DNA from: Chrysomallon squamiferum
Taxonomy: Eukaryota; Animalia; Mollusca
Assembly (NCBI GenBank): GCA_012295275.1
Contig: CM022669.1
Span: 11,656,001-11,720,000, forward strand
DNA length: 64,000 nucleotides
Reading direction: 5' to 3'
The notes below the pieces were generated by a model that was not told the DNA's origin, ran no database searches, and worked only from the letters and a program-made list of their open reading frames with translations. This document shows, in pieces, positions 30,301-44,700 of the stretch. The position numbers and the translations under genes were made by a program. The stretch's first letter is position 1. Each line of letters starts with the position of its first letter.

Positions 30301-33300
30301 ATATATATCATTATCAGTATCCACTTCATCAAATCTCCATAAATAAATGATGTAAATTTAATCAACAGAATGAACTACACCACTCAACATGGATTTTAAC
30401 AGAACTGGATCTGATAATCAAAAATAAAATATTAAAAAAACATTAATTTATTTTTGCCAGTGCTCCGATACAAAATGGAGGAATTACATTCCCCAGAATA
30501 AACTATTCTGTTATGTACAACAACAACAACAACAATAATAATAATAATGATAATAAATATTCTAAAGTATCAGTTCTGAAAAGAAAAAAGACCTAGAAGA
30601 ATATTAACAATTATTTACATCAACAGTTCTTACAATAATAATGGCTTCCCGTAAAACTGAAATCAATTCTGCTTATCAAATAAACTGACTCTAATAGCAA
30701 ATCCGAGAGAGAAAAAGAATAACATATGTGAACGATGTGTATTCTCTTTCATTCTCTTGCAATCTGATTATGCAGCAGTATCCGTTGATTCAAGGAGTTA
30801 ATCATTAACCAAAATGTTTCTTTGTATCGTCCTTCACGACGTCTGAGCAGGACATTTTTTTTTTTTTATTTTTTTTTTTTTTGGAGAACTATTTTCAGCA
30901 GAGCAGCCGTCTGTTGCTGACTGACCACGGGCAGTTTGTCCGAGTTGAGATTATTACTGTGCGAGAGGTCGAGCGATTAATCCAATCAATATGACGATGT
31001 GTAATGATGATGAATGAAGTGATACACTACAGGATCCGACATAACTCACAAAGCCGAGTGCAGATACAATCAATTTGTTTCAAATAAATTACACGAGCCG
31101 CAGTTTCTGCAACTCTTTTGTGAGGCGCTTTGATCAAGGAAGCAGAAATATATTTATTGAGAATTACGACTTTGCGTTGGTATTGAAAAGATTGAAATTT
31201 CAGATTAAAAGTTTCTCACAAAGTCGTAATGTATTTATGTGTTATTTAGATATTGAACAAGTTAATTCAGATTAAATTGCTGTTACGTATTTTTATTTTA
31301 AAATTAGTAATGTAAATTTTTGTATTTCTCAGCAATTTAAATATACATAAAAATTACAAAGATATTTTTATTCAAAAAATCTTAACAATGCATAATATTT
31401 AATATCAGTAGATAAATCAAATACAGGAAAATAACATTAACTGATTTTACATCTCAAAATGGAAAACTAATTCAAAAGTTTGTTTTTAAGGGAAGGTGAC
31501 AGCACACAAAACAGACAAAATAATAAATTCTCTATTTACATACATATTCACACATACATATGTACATACACTCACATTTTCTTATACATTTAATTCAAGA
31601 GAGTTCCAAAGGGGAAAAGACTGAAACACACCCACACCTTTACTGTTAATTCAAACTGAAGAGCAGATTGATTTTTTGTTCTAGTTACAAACTGGTTTAC
31701 AAATCTAATGTCTGTTGTCTGTCTGAAACCTTTAAATTGTATCAGCCTCTACATTTACTAAGTACAGTCTCAAAGCTGAAATTTAATGAACATCCTCAAA
31801 GCCCTGTGGCTCTAAATGTTGTTACATAATCTTATCAACCTGAGATCAGACAGGGGACTCAGAAAATCCGATGTACAAGATTTTCAACAAATCCTTTCTT
31901 AACCCTAACAGATCTTCTACTTCTTCTTACACTCAATTTGTCGACTGTAATGAGAAATATCTGCATTTGAAATGCAATGAGGGGGATCATTCATTAACTG
32001 TTTTTTTCTCTTCTTACAGCCATTTTGTTGACAAAAGTGAAAGCGTAAATGATATACTGCAGTTTTAGTAGGTAAAATTGCTGTGAGTGTAAATATGTTT
32101 AAGAGTTTTAGTACCTTAAAAACACTTATATACACTGCATTTTAAGGAAAACTGATAATTTCAAGATATCAGATTTGTGACAGAAGAACATACATTAATA
32201 TTTTTTTTTTTTACATTTAATACAAGAGAGTTCCAAAGGTGAAAAGACTGTTCTGTTCATCATGTTAGTGTAATTATAAACAATACTTATATATATGTGT
32301 AATGATAAAAAAAAAAACACAGATTTCTATCTCATATTATTTTTATATGAAAACTGTTTTAAAATGATGAAACCATATCAAGAATATACACCTACAAATC
32401 ATATTATTATTGTATCAGTAGCATTATTCCAATACATTTAAGTTTCAAAATTTCACAGACAGTCTGGATAAAATGGTATTTTATTAACGCTACAGAAACT
32501 AAGCAATACACAACCTTTAATTTCCATTTTGACTAATTCAGCATTCAATATATAAAAAAAAAAAAAAAAAAAAAAAAAATGTGTCCACGGTGCTGCAAGA
32601 GGAATTTCGTCAAGTACAAACTGTAATGGAGGTGAACGCAGCAGACACAACTGGTGGTGATTAAGAAACATGGATTGACAGCTTCGGCACTGTAGATGGT
32701 ATATAGTTAAAGATCCGACAGTCGCTGCGACAAACTTTCAAACATCGACAGCGCAATCAAATTGATCAAGGAACCATTAAACACTTATCGGGTTCAGATA
32801 AATTGAATGGAATGCAATTGGTCGGAGGAAATTGAGAAACACTTGGAGAGATGCATCTAGGCGAAGAGGAACTCTCGCCCAAGTATCGCACTGCTTTTGT
32901 AATTGAAATCCATGACTGATAAAAAGCATTGTTAATTAATGCTGTTGATTGGGAAACCGAAGCCCTATCTATTTCTGTGTGTGCAAGCAGGATTCTGGCA
33001 TACAAACATCACTTTGCCAGTGTGATCTCTGCAGAAGAACTTGACTCATGTTTGGGTTTTTTTTAATTTTTTATATCCATTCTGAATTAATACAGACACA
33101 CAAGCAAACGTTAGTGAATTAGTCATCTCCGCAAACAGCCAGAAACACCAGGAAATTGCTACTTACACTGACTGCCTCAACAGCAATTCATTTTAAATAT
33201 ATATCATTTATAAAACATATCTTGACATCCTTTTTCAATTTTATTGCCTTTTAAAAATTAATGTAATTATTTACAGTAATTTTTTAGATGTATAATTTAT

Positions 33301-35136
33301 TTTGTTAGACTAGACTAGTTTCTTTTCAGTTTTTAATACTTTCATTTTTTTTTTCTCCCTTTTTAAAAAAAAAATTAAAATTATTTTTCTTTCTTATTGA
33401 TTTGTTCTATAACATTAAAAATAAAAAAACTTTACTGATTTAATGTAATTAGCTTCATGTACAGTATTATACTGGACTTCAGTGTACTTGTATATTTTTC
33501 TTTTTTATATTATTTATTTATCATTACAGCCTTTAATCATGTTATGTCCAGACATTACACACTATTTGCGATATTTACATAACATTCCCTCTCCCAGGAA
33601 TAAAATTACTAAAATGAAGTTTAGAATCATTTAAAACAATGTCAATTGTAAACAATATAAAAAAAAAAATTTGAAAAATTAATAGATGTAATATTAAAAA
33701 TATTTCTTGAAATTAAAGCACAATAACTGGTATTTAATCTATTATTTCACTTTTAATCAGGCTGCTTTTTACAATTATTCAGATTATCTGATTTGAACTT
33801 TCGAACATAACACAACGAAAACAGATTAATCTTCAAACAACAATCCACTTGCTTGTGTGCAGTTTTCAAAACTCGTGATAAAATAACTCTATTCACTTAA
33901 AGAACCGTCTGGCGAATTGAGGATAACGGGAAAAACTCTCAAACCAGGTTAGTGACCAATTAAAAATGCCTACCGAGAATTTGCTGATTTTATTATATTG
34001 GCGTCACAATTCATGCAATAAAAATATTGTTAAGTGTGTGTGTGCTGTTAAACTTAACTACTGAAGAGAGTAATCTGCAGGCAATCATTCCTTTAATCAG
34101 TGGTATGGGCAGGACACATTCAAATAATCTGAGTTACTGAATGAATGTTGTTTTCAGGATAGGTATAAAATAAATATTGTAAACAACAAGATATGCAAAT
34201 GACTGAATGATGTGAGTAGGAAATGTAACTAATTTAGTGACTATTGTGATCTTAAATATTTTATTTACTGATCAGGATATGTAAACAGATTTTGTTATTG
34301 AAAAGTTATTGACCAGAAATTTGTCACATTAAGAAAATATTTGTGAATGTTTTTCTTAGAATATGCAGGTAACATAGCTAATATTGGATCAGATTGCAAT
34401 ATCTTTTGTTCTAATGAAAACTCTGAACTGTAACAACCAGATTAAGTAACCCTCTCATTGACAGCAGAATGTTTACATTTTCATGTTCTAGTCAAGTTTC
34501 ATTAGTCACGGTACTTGAAACTAGGAAACCGTCTCACTTCATCATTAAGAAAGAACAACCAATAGCAACAACATGTTTACTCCATCCATGTTTTATCAAA
34601 CTGCTGTACAACCTAATAGGTAATTAGAAAAGATTAAAAATTGAGGTACTGCATTGTATTATTTGCATTTTAACATAACAAATCCATTACTCAGCAAGTA
34701 ATTAAAGTTTTCTACAGCACAAACATAATATTTACTTCATCTCAGCAGAAAAATAACAGGACTCATAATCAATATTAAACCGTGTCACGTATTTACCTGA
34801 ATGCAGCTGTATTTACCTGTATTTACCTTTGTTTACATGTGCTTATCTGCATACACAGGTATGTTTAACCTGTGTGTTTGTTTATGCATTTGAGCTGGAG
34901 ATAATGATAAGGAGAGTAATTTTCTGTTATGGAAACATAATCTAAATACTGGTTATAGTGACAAAAAACAACAGTTTAGATCAGTCAGGTTATCAGGTAA
35001 CGACAGTTTGTCATTGATTTGCCAGGTGTTAATCAATATCTACCTGTATCTCTGATTAAAATTGTTGTTTTCTATTATTTATTTATTTATATTTACTATT
35101 TGTAACTTTTTATGCATAATTTTTACATGGGGAATT

Positions 35137-35175
<39 letters not shown>

Positions 35176-35182
35176 TACATAA

Positions 35183-35213
<31 letters not shown>

Positions 35214-38200
35214 CATCATCCATCCATCCATCCATGCATCTATGCATACATCAAACACACACATAGATAGATACATACATACATACATACATCGGTATAC
35301 ACATTATCCATCTACTCATCCATGCATCTGTACATACATCAAACACACACACACACACACACACACACAACTATACACATTTGTTTGTGTTCACTGTTCC
35401 CAACAACACACCTGACATTTACATTTACTGTTCACTTGAAAATGATCTGTTACCACTCCTTTACACGTCACAACGACATCAATCCAAACTGCAAAACCTG
35501 CTGCTTTACTTCTGCATTACAGATTATTTTCTTTATGCTTGACATTTTCATTCATTTGAAATAATAACAGTTATCTTCAAAAAAAAGAAGGTTTTAGAAT
35601 GTTTAATGATTGGTATTTAATAAAATATGGCTTTGTCAAATGTTCGGTGCACAGTACTGAGTGTTTTATTGTTTGTCCCTTTACTTTGTTCTGCATTCCT
35701 AACATGTAAACATCTACAGCCACTTCTGTATGACAACCAAAATGAGATTTTTCACACAAAACTTGTTACATGTTAACACAGCTAGACAACAAGTTTTATG
35801 ACTGTCATAGATAGGTTCAACCTTATGTATAAAACTTAATGTGTGTGTGTGTGTGTGTGCATGTGTGTGTTAGGGGTGTGTATGTGTGTATGTATGTATG
35901 TATGTATGGACATATGTATATATATGTATGTATATGTCTGTACATGTGGGTGTGTTTATATATATATAGAGAGAGAGATAAATATATATATATATATATA
36001 TATACATACATACATAGACATACCCATAAACACACATACACAATCTGGTCATATTGAGTAATGTCTGGAGTGTAATCAATATACTATTTCCCAACAAAAG
36101 GAAAACGTCTATATAATTCATATCACTGGGAGAGTTTACATATTTTTCATTGTGCAGTTACATTTGTCCATGGATCACTGCCCAGCAAGTCACTAAATGA
36201 CTCACTGTGATAAATATAACACAAACATAACTTAGCTGTCTGATATACAACAGGATCAATCCTTATCAGCGTTCTCTTAGAGTTATTTCCCTTTCCAGTG
36301 GATATGATACACAGACAGAGATTTTTAAGGAAATACTAATCTATGAATAAGACTGTTATTTAGATTAGTTTGTTCATAAGTCAGATTTAGGTTTGTACTT
36401 ACAGCCAGTGTTTGTCTTATGTATACCTATCATATATATTAAGTTTTGTACATGTGTATTAAATCCAAGCTATTGAATACTCTATAGGAGATTAAAATTA
36501 TGATCAGAATTTGTCTTTCTTTGAAATTTTCTCAGTTCTGTTGATGGATGTCAGTGAATTACTGAGTCAATTAGTATTAAAACTTAAGTCTTCCAACATT
36601 CGGTAACCATAAGTCTCAAATTTTAAACAAAAATCAGTTTGAATTTCAAAAACACAATTTGATTAAAAACCAAATCACACGTATTTAAATTCTGTTATTA
36701 CATCCTTACAAACACACAGAAGCACACTCCAGCATTTATATTTCTATGTATACATACATACATGAAAAATAAAAAATATACATACACACTGTATAAACTC
36801 TTATACACAAAAGCACATTAAAAACAGACTTTAAATCACTGTGACTCTCCCTTGTGATTACTAAACCATCAAAAGCTATAATGCACTGCACAACAGAATG
36901 GTCCATGTTCATTTTTTTATAATTTTTTTTTTTATAAAATGACATTCAGAACCTTTCATAATAATTGAACACAGAGGTAACTGCCAATTACTCCACAAGA
37001 GGCAGAGTAATAAAAAATATGTGTATGTTCCTAAGTATTATTTCTATGGAAGCACAGGAACATTATTCCTCTTTATGACAGCACAGAAGGAAACACTGTT
37101 GAGGTTTCCTCTCTGATGACTGTGTTAAAACAAATTCACATAATAACAGTTAACTGAGTTAGGTAACATAATCTTCCTTCCGAGGGATGTGCAGTCAAAT
37201 AGTACATAAATATTGAAGTGAAGATATTTCGTGAATGTTTTAATGTTAAATGTGTTAAATATAAAAAAAATATATAAATCAATTATTAAATTGTATTTTT
37301 TTTTTCAGACATAGTATATTTTAAATTTAGTTGTGTAAACATATTTGTATAATTACTTGTTTTATAAACTGTTTTTACTTCACCCACAACTCAAAAACAT
37401 ATTTACAGTGTGTGAATACGTCTGTGTATGTGTGAGAAAGAGGGAGCTGAATGAAGATATGTAAACTCTCCCAGTGATATGAATTATACAGATGTTTTCC
37501 TTTTGTTAGGAAATAGTGTATTGATTAGATTCCGGATGTTACTCAATGTGACCAGACTGCATGTATGTCTACAGTAAATTATTATATGTATGTTAAAAAT
37601 TAATGTCATCCTGAAAAGCATGCTTTGTAAACTTTCTGTTACGTAAGTTATACCAAATAAGAAGAAACTGAAACACAACCAGTATTTTCGTGTAATTAAA
37701 AAAAAAAAAAAAACTCATATATATATATATATCAATCAGATTTTAAATAAGTTATTTTTAATATTAAATTTTAAAAGGAACAAATGATACTTTAGAAATC
37801 TGTACAAACTGTCATAGTGGTTAGTATGTAATAATGAAACATGGTGTTCTTTATAGCATTTTAATGGTTACATCAAGCTAAAGAAAGAAGAAAACATTAG
37901 TTAATATATTTTAATATGCCATTTAATGTTAGTTAATATGTATATCTAAGGATGTGTCATGATTTAAATTAATTACTTAATCATTTTGCTGCATTCATGT
38001 TGCTAAATTATTAGAGTCAAGATTTTATGATTCTAAGAAAAAATGTTGGTTTTTTTGGTTTTGTTTTTTAAAAGATAAAATAAAACTAAAATATTTAATA
38101 TACAAGAGGGTACAGTAGCTTTCACTAAAAAAAAAAAAAATTATTTTAATATAAATATATACTTAAAAAATTTAAAATAATTTTTATATCCAGATTAAAA

Positions 38201-38227
38201 GTAGTATTTACTAACTGATGCAACAGC

Positions 38228-38276
<49 letters not shown>

Positions 38277-38591
38277 TCTTTCTAAGTAATTTATTCTAAA
38301 AATACTAGATGTTTCAAGCCATAACAATATATTATTAAAACTATTTGATAAATCCAAAACATAATTTTTACTATAAATCATAAATTTGTTTCTTCTGTTT
38401 AAAATATTATTACCTTTATTTTTAATAAAAATTAATAAAACAATAACTTAAAATAATAATAATAATAATCATAGTAACAGATATTTAAAAATAATAATAA
38501 AAAATATATATATAAAAAATAAAATAAAATAAAAATATCGTTTAATGGGAAAACGAAACTAGGACAACTTCCACCTGTGTGTTTGACTTAC

Positions 38592-38600
38592 CTGCTCCAT
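38592..38600 (-). CDS. Candidate start-codon mini coding segment (MEQ) of an unidentified gene running leftwards
   Basis: GCATGCC ATG GAG CAG|GTAAGT: Kozak-like context plus a perfect donor, beside a CpG-enriched CCAAT region. No downstream exon identified. Confidence 0.45.
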
Positions 38601-38679
38601 GGCATGCTGCAGCTAACAGGTAGATAATGTAGGTCAACATCCTGCAGGTAGGCCTTTATTCATCCTAAATCCAAAAACT

Positions 38680-39200
38680 TCTAAAATATCGGTCGAAACA
38701 TATCCACGACTCTAACCAAAAGTTGGTAAAGTCAGAACAATCGCACAGGAAATGAATGGGTACAAATCAAAGCCAAACGCTGAACTTGTCGGAAATACGC
38801 GAGTGCTGTTTTCCGTTCGGGTCAGCGTCTTGTTTATTAGTAACTGACAATGAAGGTATGTCGGTGACTCGCAGAAGGAGAAGATGTGGTTATTGTCATT
38901 TCAGTGGGCTACGTAGCCATTTAACGGGACAGATGAAAAATCAATGTACACTTTCGCATTATATTCTAAAACGGGCAACTCTACTATGACAGATTCCATG
39001 TAAACACATTTCTCATGCTCGGAAGCGGCGTGTCTTCAGCCAATCAGAAGCGAAGGCAAAGGTCACATCTAGTGAAAGAAATTAATTGTTGACCAATGAA
39101 TATGAGGATTGCTTCGCTACTCGCAAAATGACGTAGTCAAAAGTAGGATAATTGCCGAGAACAGTCGGTTGAATCGAAATAACTGCACTTTGCAGAAAAC
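38680..39200. promoter_or_regulatory. Promoter-like CpG-enriched region with CCAAT boxes
   Basis: AGCCAATCAG (~39038), GACCAATGA (39091), CGGAAGC (Ets-like) and TGACGTA (CRE-like); abrupt rise in CpG density. Confidence 0.55.
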
Positions 39201-39542
39201 AGATGGCATTAGCTTTTTATCACTGCACGATTTTATTGATTTTAAATCACAGTCACTCTGCCATGTGATTCGTATTATTGTAATTAATATAATTTATTAC
39301 ATTTTAATAATAAAAAAAAAGTATTGTAATGTAGGTCGATGAACACCAGGAACCAGAAAATTACTCCAGTGGGTTGGGTTCATAAAATTATTATTATTAT
39401 TATTATCATTATTATTATTATTATATCTTTTTACAGTTTATTTTGTTTTTTAATTGTTTTGCGTAAAGATACAATTTTATCATCATCTTCTTTCGCTTGT
39501 TTGGGGAATTGGATAATTGTTTTGAATTCACACACACAGAAC

Positions 39543-39617
<75 letters not shown>

Positions 39618-39956
39618 CCGAAGACAAAAGTAATGTTTATATTCATATTGTTGTTATTGTCACTGAGTTGTTTGTTAGTTTTGTATTTTTGTTATTTTTA
39701 CTTATTTATTCAATTTGTTTTAAATTTTGGGGTGAGGTGGTTGTTGCCGTTGCTTAGTTATTTTTATCCACACGGCTGTAAGGCGTTAAATATTTGACTT
39801 TTGATCTCACTCAACACTCCTTCGTCTAGTTGTTACAAAAGATGTCACGCTCTGTACACCTGTACACATTCAAACATATAAACAATGTAATACTAATACT
39901 AATACTAATACTAAAACTACTACTACTACTGCTGCTGCTGCTATTGCTACAACTAT

Positions 39957-39997
<41 letters not shown>

Positions 39998-40301
39998 ATA
40001 ATAATAATAATAATAATATGAGGGGGGTCCATAATAAAAAGGGCTCCATAACATTATGAAAAGGCAATACTGAACAATTACACATGATTCACAGGGTCCG
40101 TAATACAATAGTGCTACAACAGGGACGCTGGCAGACGTATTCTACAGTGTTCTGTACACTGACAGAAATTTAAAAATACTAAATAAATTTGTAAAACACC
40201 TTAAAATCATAAATAAAAGGGGCACTTCCAAAATTTGAGGTGTGGTCCGGATATTTTGGACTCCCCTTCTAGATTCGCCCGAGATAATAATAATAATAAT
40301 A

Positions 40302-40336
<35 letters not shown>

Positions 40337-41273
40337 AAAAAAAAAAAAAAAAAACGGCTAAAATATAAAATGCAAAATAAAACTGTTCGTGAGGAAATAT
40401 GAATGTCGTATTACCAGTGGCGTAACTAAGGTATCGCAAGTATGGCACGTGCTCTTAAGGGGGCGCCACTGAGCACTTTCACCTAACTGGTATTTTTGTG
40501 CTGATTTTAAGGTTCCTATTTTGCGTAGATACGCCCCAGCGTAATAAACAGCTTCTTGAAACTTGAATAAACGCCCTCGCATTTCATTTTTTTTTTTTTT
40601 TTTTCTTCTTTTTTTCTTTTTGGATTCAACGCCGTCACTTGAAAGTTTAAATCTGCATACAAGGCACGTATAGGTTACGGTTGCTTCGTAAATGTTATTT
40701 TCTCTAACCAGGTTTCCACCAGGGATGCAGAATTACGAGAAGCAAATTGAACAAGTTCAAACGCTTTATTGCCGTATAAAAGATAAACTAAATAACCCAT
40801 CACCTTTTCCTGACCATGATTTAGTCATCAGAGCCAAAATTAGAAGACAGGAAGTAGTGTTAGGCTGAGATAAATGTCTGACTTCCGCTGCTAGGCGCAG
40901 ATAGTCAAAGACTCAAGTTGTGTGGCGGGAATTTTGAAATTGTCATATTCACAATCGCAGACCTTAATCAAAACTGAAAAAAAAAAAAATAAAGATTTAA
41001 GAATATTATTATTATTATTATTATTTACTTTTTTCATTTTCTTTTTAATCATTAATTATATTTGTCATATCATCATATCATTCCGTATCGTATTGTGTCA
41101 TATCATATTATATTATTTACTTGATAAATACGTAGAACTGACTACAGCACCACTGTTACTACTAATACTACTAATAAAATACACTCTTTTAACAGAGAGT
41201 CTTTTCACAGATAGCTGTGGGAAACAAACTGGCATCCATCAAGACCGACACACAAACAGAGTTGTGCGCTTAC

Positions 41274-41385
41274 CTGTCTACAAAATATTTTTATCAAAAT
41301 CACTTAGTAAACACGCAGAGACAAAAATGTGAATCTGATGATAAAATCAACCTTCCCGAATAATACATGGGTGCGACCCTTTATA
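41274..41385 (-). promoter_or_regulatory. Candidate TATA promoter and non-coding first exon
   Basis: TATAAA on the minus strand at 41385-41380, then a CAG|GTAAGC donor at 41274. Confidence 0.4.
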
Positions 41386-42277
41386 CGTGCAACAATTCTC
41401 TTAGCTTTCGAAAAGCTACGCGCTCTACCTGTTTTATATTGTTATATATAATAATATCGGGATTATCAACATCAAATGCAACTGTCAATTTCACTTTATG
41501 ATTTTTTAAATTTTATTTTAGAAAACTTTCAGGAAGCGCTTGTATGTAGAACGTCTTTGTATGTACTCTGCCCGTACTGACGCGTTATTTCGCGTTTCTC
41601 CTGAAGTTCGGATGGCATCAACTGTTTCGGGCGAAATATAGTGCTTGCTTTAGACCAAAAGACATTAGTTTTACAAAATTTTTGTCCTGTAATCCGACGT
41701 TCATTTAGTCTAGTATTATTAAATCCGGGATGATTACTGTCGTTAAATAAAATAATAATATATAATATATATATAAAAATAAAGAATATATAAAATAATT
41801 TTAATAAATGATAAATAGAATAATGTAAAATTTAGTGGGGTTTTGGGGTTTGTTTTTTCACAAAATAAAACCATTCTAGATAATGATGTAGAAAAACTAC
41901 GCACGTTTATACACATTCATTTTACTGCGATCTTAAACCGAGCCAAAAAGAAATAAATAAACGAATTACATATTAATCATTTAATATTTCTTCTGGCTCA
42001 GTTAAAACATATTAGTCAGTGGAAATGAAACCCGTATGTCGTTTCGGTATCGGAGCAGACGACAAATGATCAATATTGCATTATGTCGTCATACTGTCAT
42101 AACTATTCGCGCGCGGACCTTGCGAAAACAGATTCGCGAAGATGAGACGAAGAAACTCTTGGACGTCAAAGTGTTATTTGCTGGCTCTTAACTATATGCA
42201 GATTCAGTTAGGCAGTTTCAACGCCAGCTTCTAACACAATTCTCCTCCGCATTCCAGACACACCGAGCAGCACTTAC

Positions 42278-42469
42278 GTGTGCAGTAGTGCCATTTTTTC
42301 TCTTCACGAAATTCAATTGACAATTTCCATTTTCTTTACCAACACTTACAGACCTCATTACCAGGCAAGGTTCCAAAACGACCTCGTGGAGGGTGGATGT
42401 AGCACCAAGTACGGGGCTTCCACAACTGTCTTGCGTTCTCGTGTTTCGGTGAAGGGCACTGTTAACTGA
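42278..42469 (-). promoter_or_regulatory. Candidate initiator-type first exon with two GTAAGT donors
   Basis: TCAGTT initiator at 42469-42464, a donor after 42350, and AAAA ATG GCA CTA CTG CAC AC|GTAAGT (42294-42278). CpG-rich. Confidence 0.4.
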
Positions 42470-44004
42470 AATTTGTTTTTGATATGTCGCTTTTATTATG
42501 GTCATGTATTTTTATATGGTTAAAGAATTGAATTTTTTCTTCTTTTTTTTTTTTAATTATTCCATAATGGTTTGTTGTTTTTAAGATTAAATAAGCGATA
42601 TTTTTTTAATGTAAGTGATTATTTTCTCTTTTGTGAAACTGTGAGATTTGGTTAATATCTGAACATTAATTAAACGAGAATATGACATTCATATATAATT
42701 TCTGGACCAAGGAGAATTTATAGCTTGGTTTTGTCCTCCTGCGCATGTTAGAATGACGGCATTTTCAAGGTACACACATAACTGGAGTATATATGGTGTT
42801 TTATTATTATATCATAACAACTGTTTATTTTTCAGCTGGCTATGTTACAAAGGTCACATATAATATCAGAAAAGAAACACTTCTTATTCCTAGGAATTGT
42901 TTTTGCTTTTAATTGTACTTTTATTTTTATTTTTATTTTTATTTTTTATATTAGTCATCTGTTTCAGTAATATTCTTTATTACTGTTTTATTAATGTGGA
43001 AATGATAATTTTTAGGTTGACTGTCACATCTGAAAATTATTTCTTAGTTCTGTTAAAATGTTAACAGTTTAGCAGTCATATATCATATCATTTTATCAAT
43101 TACTGTGAAAACTACTTTATTTGTACGTCTGATTAGTGTAGAAATCAACATTTATCTAAACGGAAATCACCTTTGTATCTCTTACCACCAGTATAAATCA
43201 TCTTAATATCATATCTGGTAATCTGTGTGGAAATCACCTCTTAGCAGTTTGGAAATCAGATCTGATAAGTTTGGCGGTGGAAATCACCTCTAACTCACGT
43301 GACCCTCACCACACACAGCTCATCCTGGTTTTGGCCCTTTAATAATGTAGTTATCAGTTCAGAGGCGCTCAGATCTAACTAAATGACAAGCAACGAATCG
43401 AGAAAATATTCTTGCATACATTTATTACCGGAGTTAGGCGATTCCAGCTACAGAGCATTATACGTACTGGAACTGAAGTAAAATCAAATAATCGCTTTTG
43501 GTGAGGCCTGAGTACAGCAGAACACCGCAGTGTGCACTCCGGCACGAAATCCCGTTTTGACAAAAATACTTGGACACCATTCTTTTCCGAATGCATCCGT
43601 GTAGCTTCTAATTAGATAACTCTTCTGGTACAAGCCACAGATAAAACCGATTTACCGCCGTAATAGTATTGTTCCTTTCCACATATTTTAAGCGTTGTAG
43701 TAACACTACTCTTAATACTGTAGAGACGTTTATTGTTTTTGGTTTTTTCATCACTTTACTTTTTATTATTATTATTATTATTTTATTTTTATTTTTTATT
43801 TTTTTTATTTTTTTTTTCACAGCCCTCAGTACGTGTTTCATAAAGACACTGATATGAACAAAAATTATTTTCGTATTTCTTCATTGCTTCATAATAACTA
43901 TTTATTGGTCAGCTTGCCGTATAACATAGACCTGTGTCTAATCATATATTAAAGGTTAGTATCGAAAAATGCCTGCGTTTATCGAAGAAGCATATCTATA
44001 TACT

Positions 44005-44700
44005 CTGAAGATTCTTATCTAAATATACCTACATTCATTGAAGATTCGAATCTAAACATTTCTGTACTCACTGAAGATTCGCATCTAAGCGTGCCTATAC
44101 TCACTGAAGATTCGCATCTAAGCGTGCCTATACTCACTGAAGATTCGCATCTAAGCGTGCCTATACTTACTGAAGTTTCGCGTCTAAGCGTGCCTATACT
44201 TACTGAAGATTCGCATCTAAGCGTGCCTATACTTACTAAAGATTCGTATCTAAGCGTGCCTATACTCACTGAAGATTCGCATCTAAGCGTGCCTATACTC
44301 ACTGAAGATTCGCATCTAAGCGTGCCTATACTCACTGAAGATTCGCATCTAAGCGTGCCTATACTCACTGAAGATTCGCATCTAAGCGTGCCTATACTCA
44401 CTGAAGATTCGCATCTAAGCGTGCCTATACTCACTGAAGATTCGCATCTAAGCGTGCCTATACTCACTGAAGATTCGCGTCTAAGCGTGCCTATACTCAC
44501 TGAAGATTCGCGTCTAAGCGTGCCTATACTTACTGAAGATTCGCGTCTAAGCGTGCCTATACTTACTGAAGATTCGCATCTAAGCGTGCCTATACTCACT
44601 GAAGATTCGCATCTAAGCGTGCCTATACTTACTGAAGATTCGCATCTAAGAGTACCTATACTCACTGAAGTTTCTTATCTAAACATAACACTTGAATCTA
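44005..44700. repeat. 33-bp minisatellite (CTCACTGAAGATTCGCATCTAAGCGTGCCTATA)n, ~18 near-perfect units plus degenerate edges
   Basis: Directly visible; gives the 11-aa periodicity in ORFs on both strands. Confidence 0.95.

Noticed and set aside
40210-40480. MITE-like ends (CTAGATTCGCCC; CAGTGGCGTAACTAAGG)
   Set aside because: No matching partner TIR or TSD could be identified.
42270-42300. miR-263/183-family microRNA (AATGGCACT on the minus strand)
   Set aside because: Only the seed matches and I see no hairpin partner; ATG plus a splice donor explains it better.
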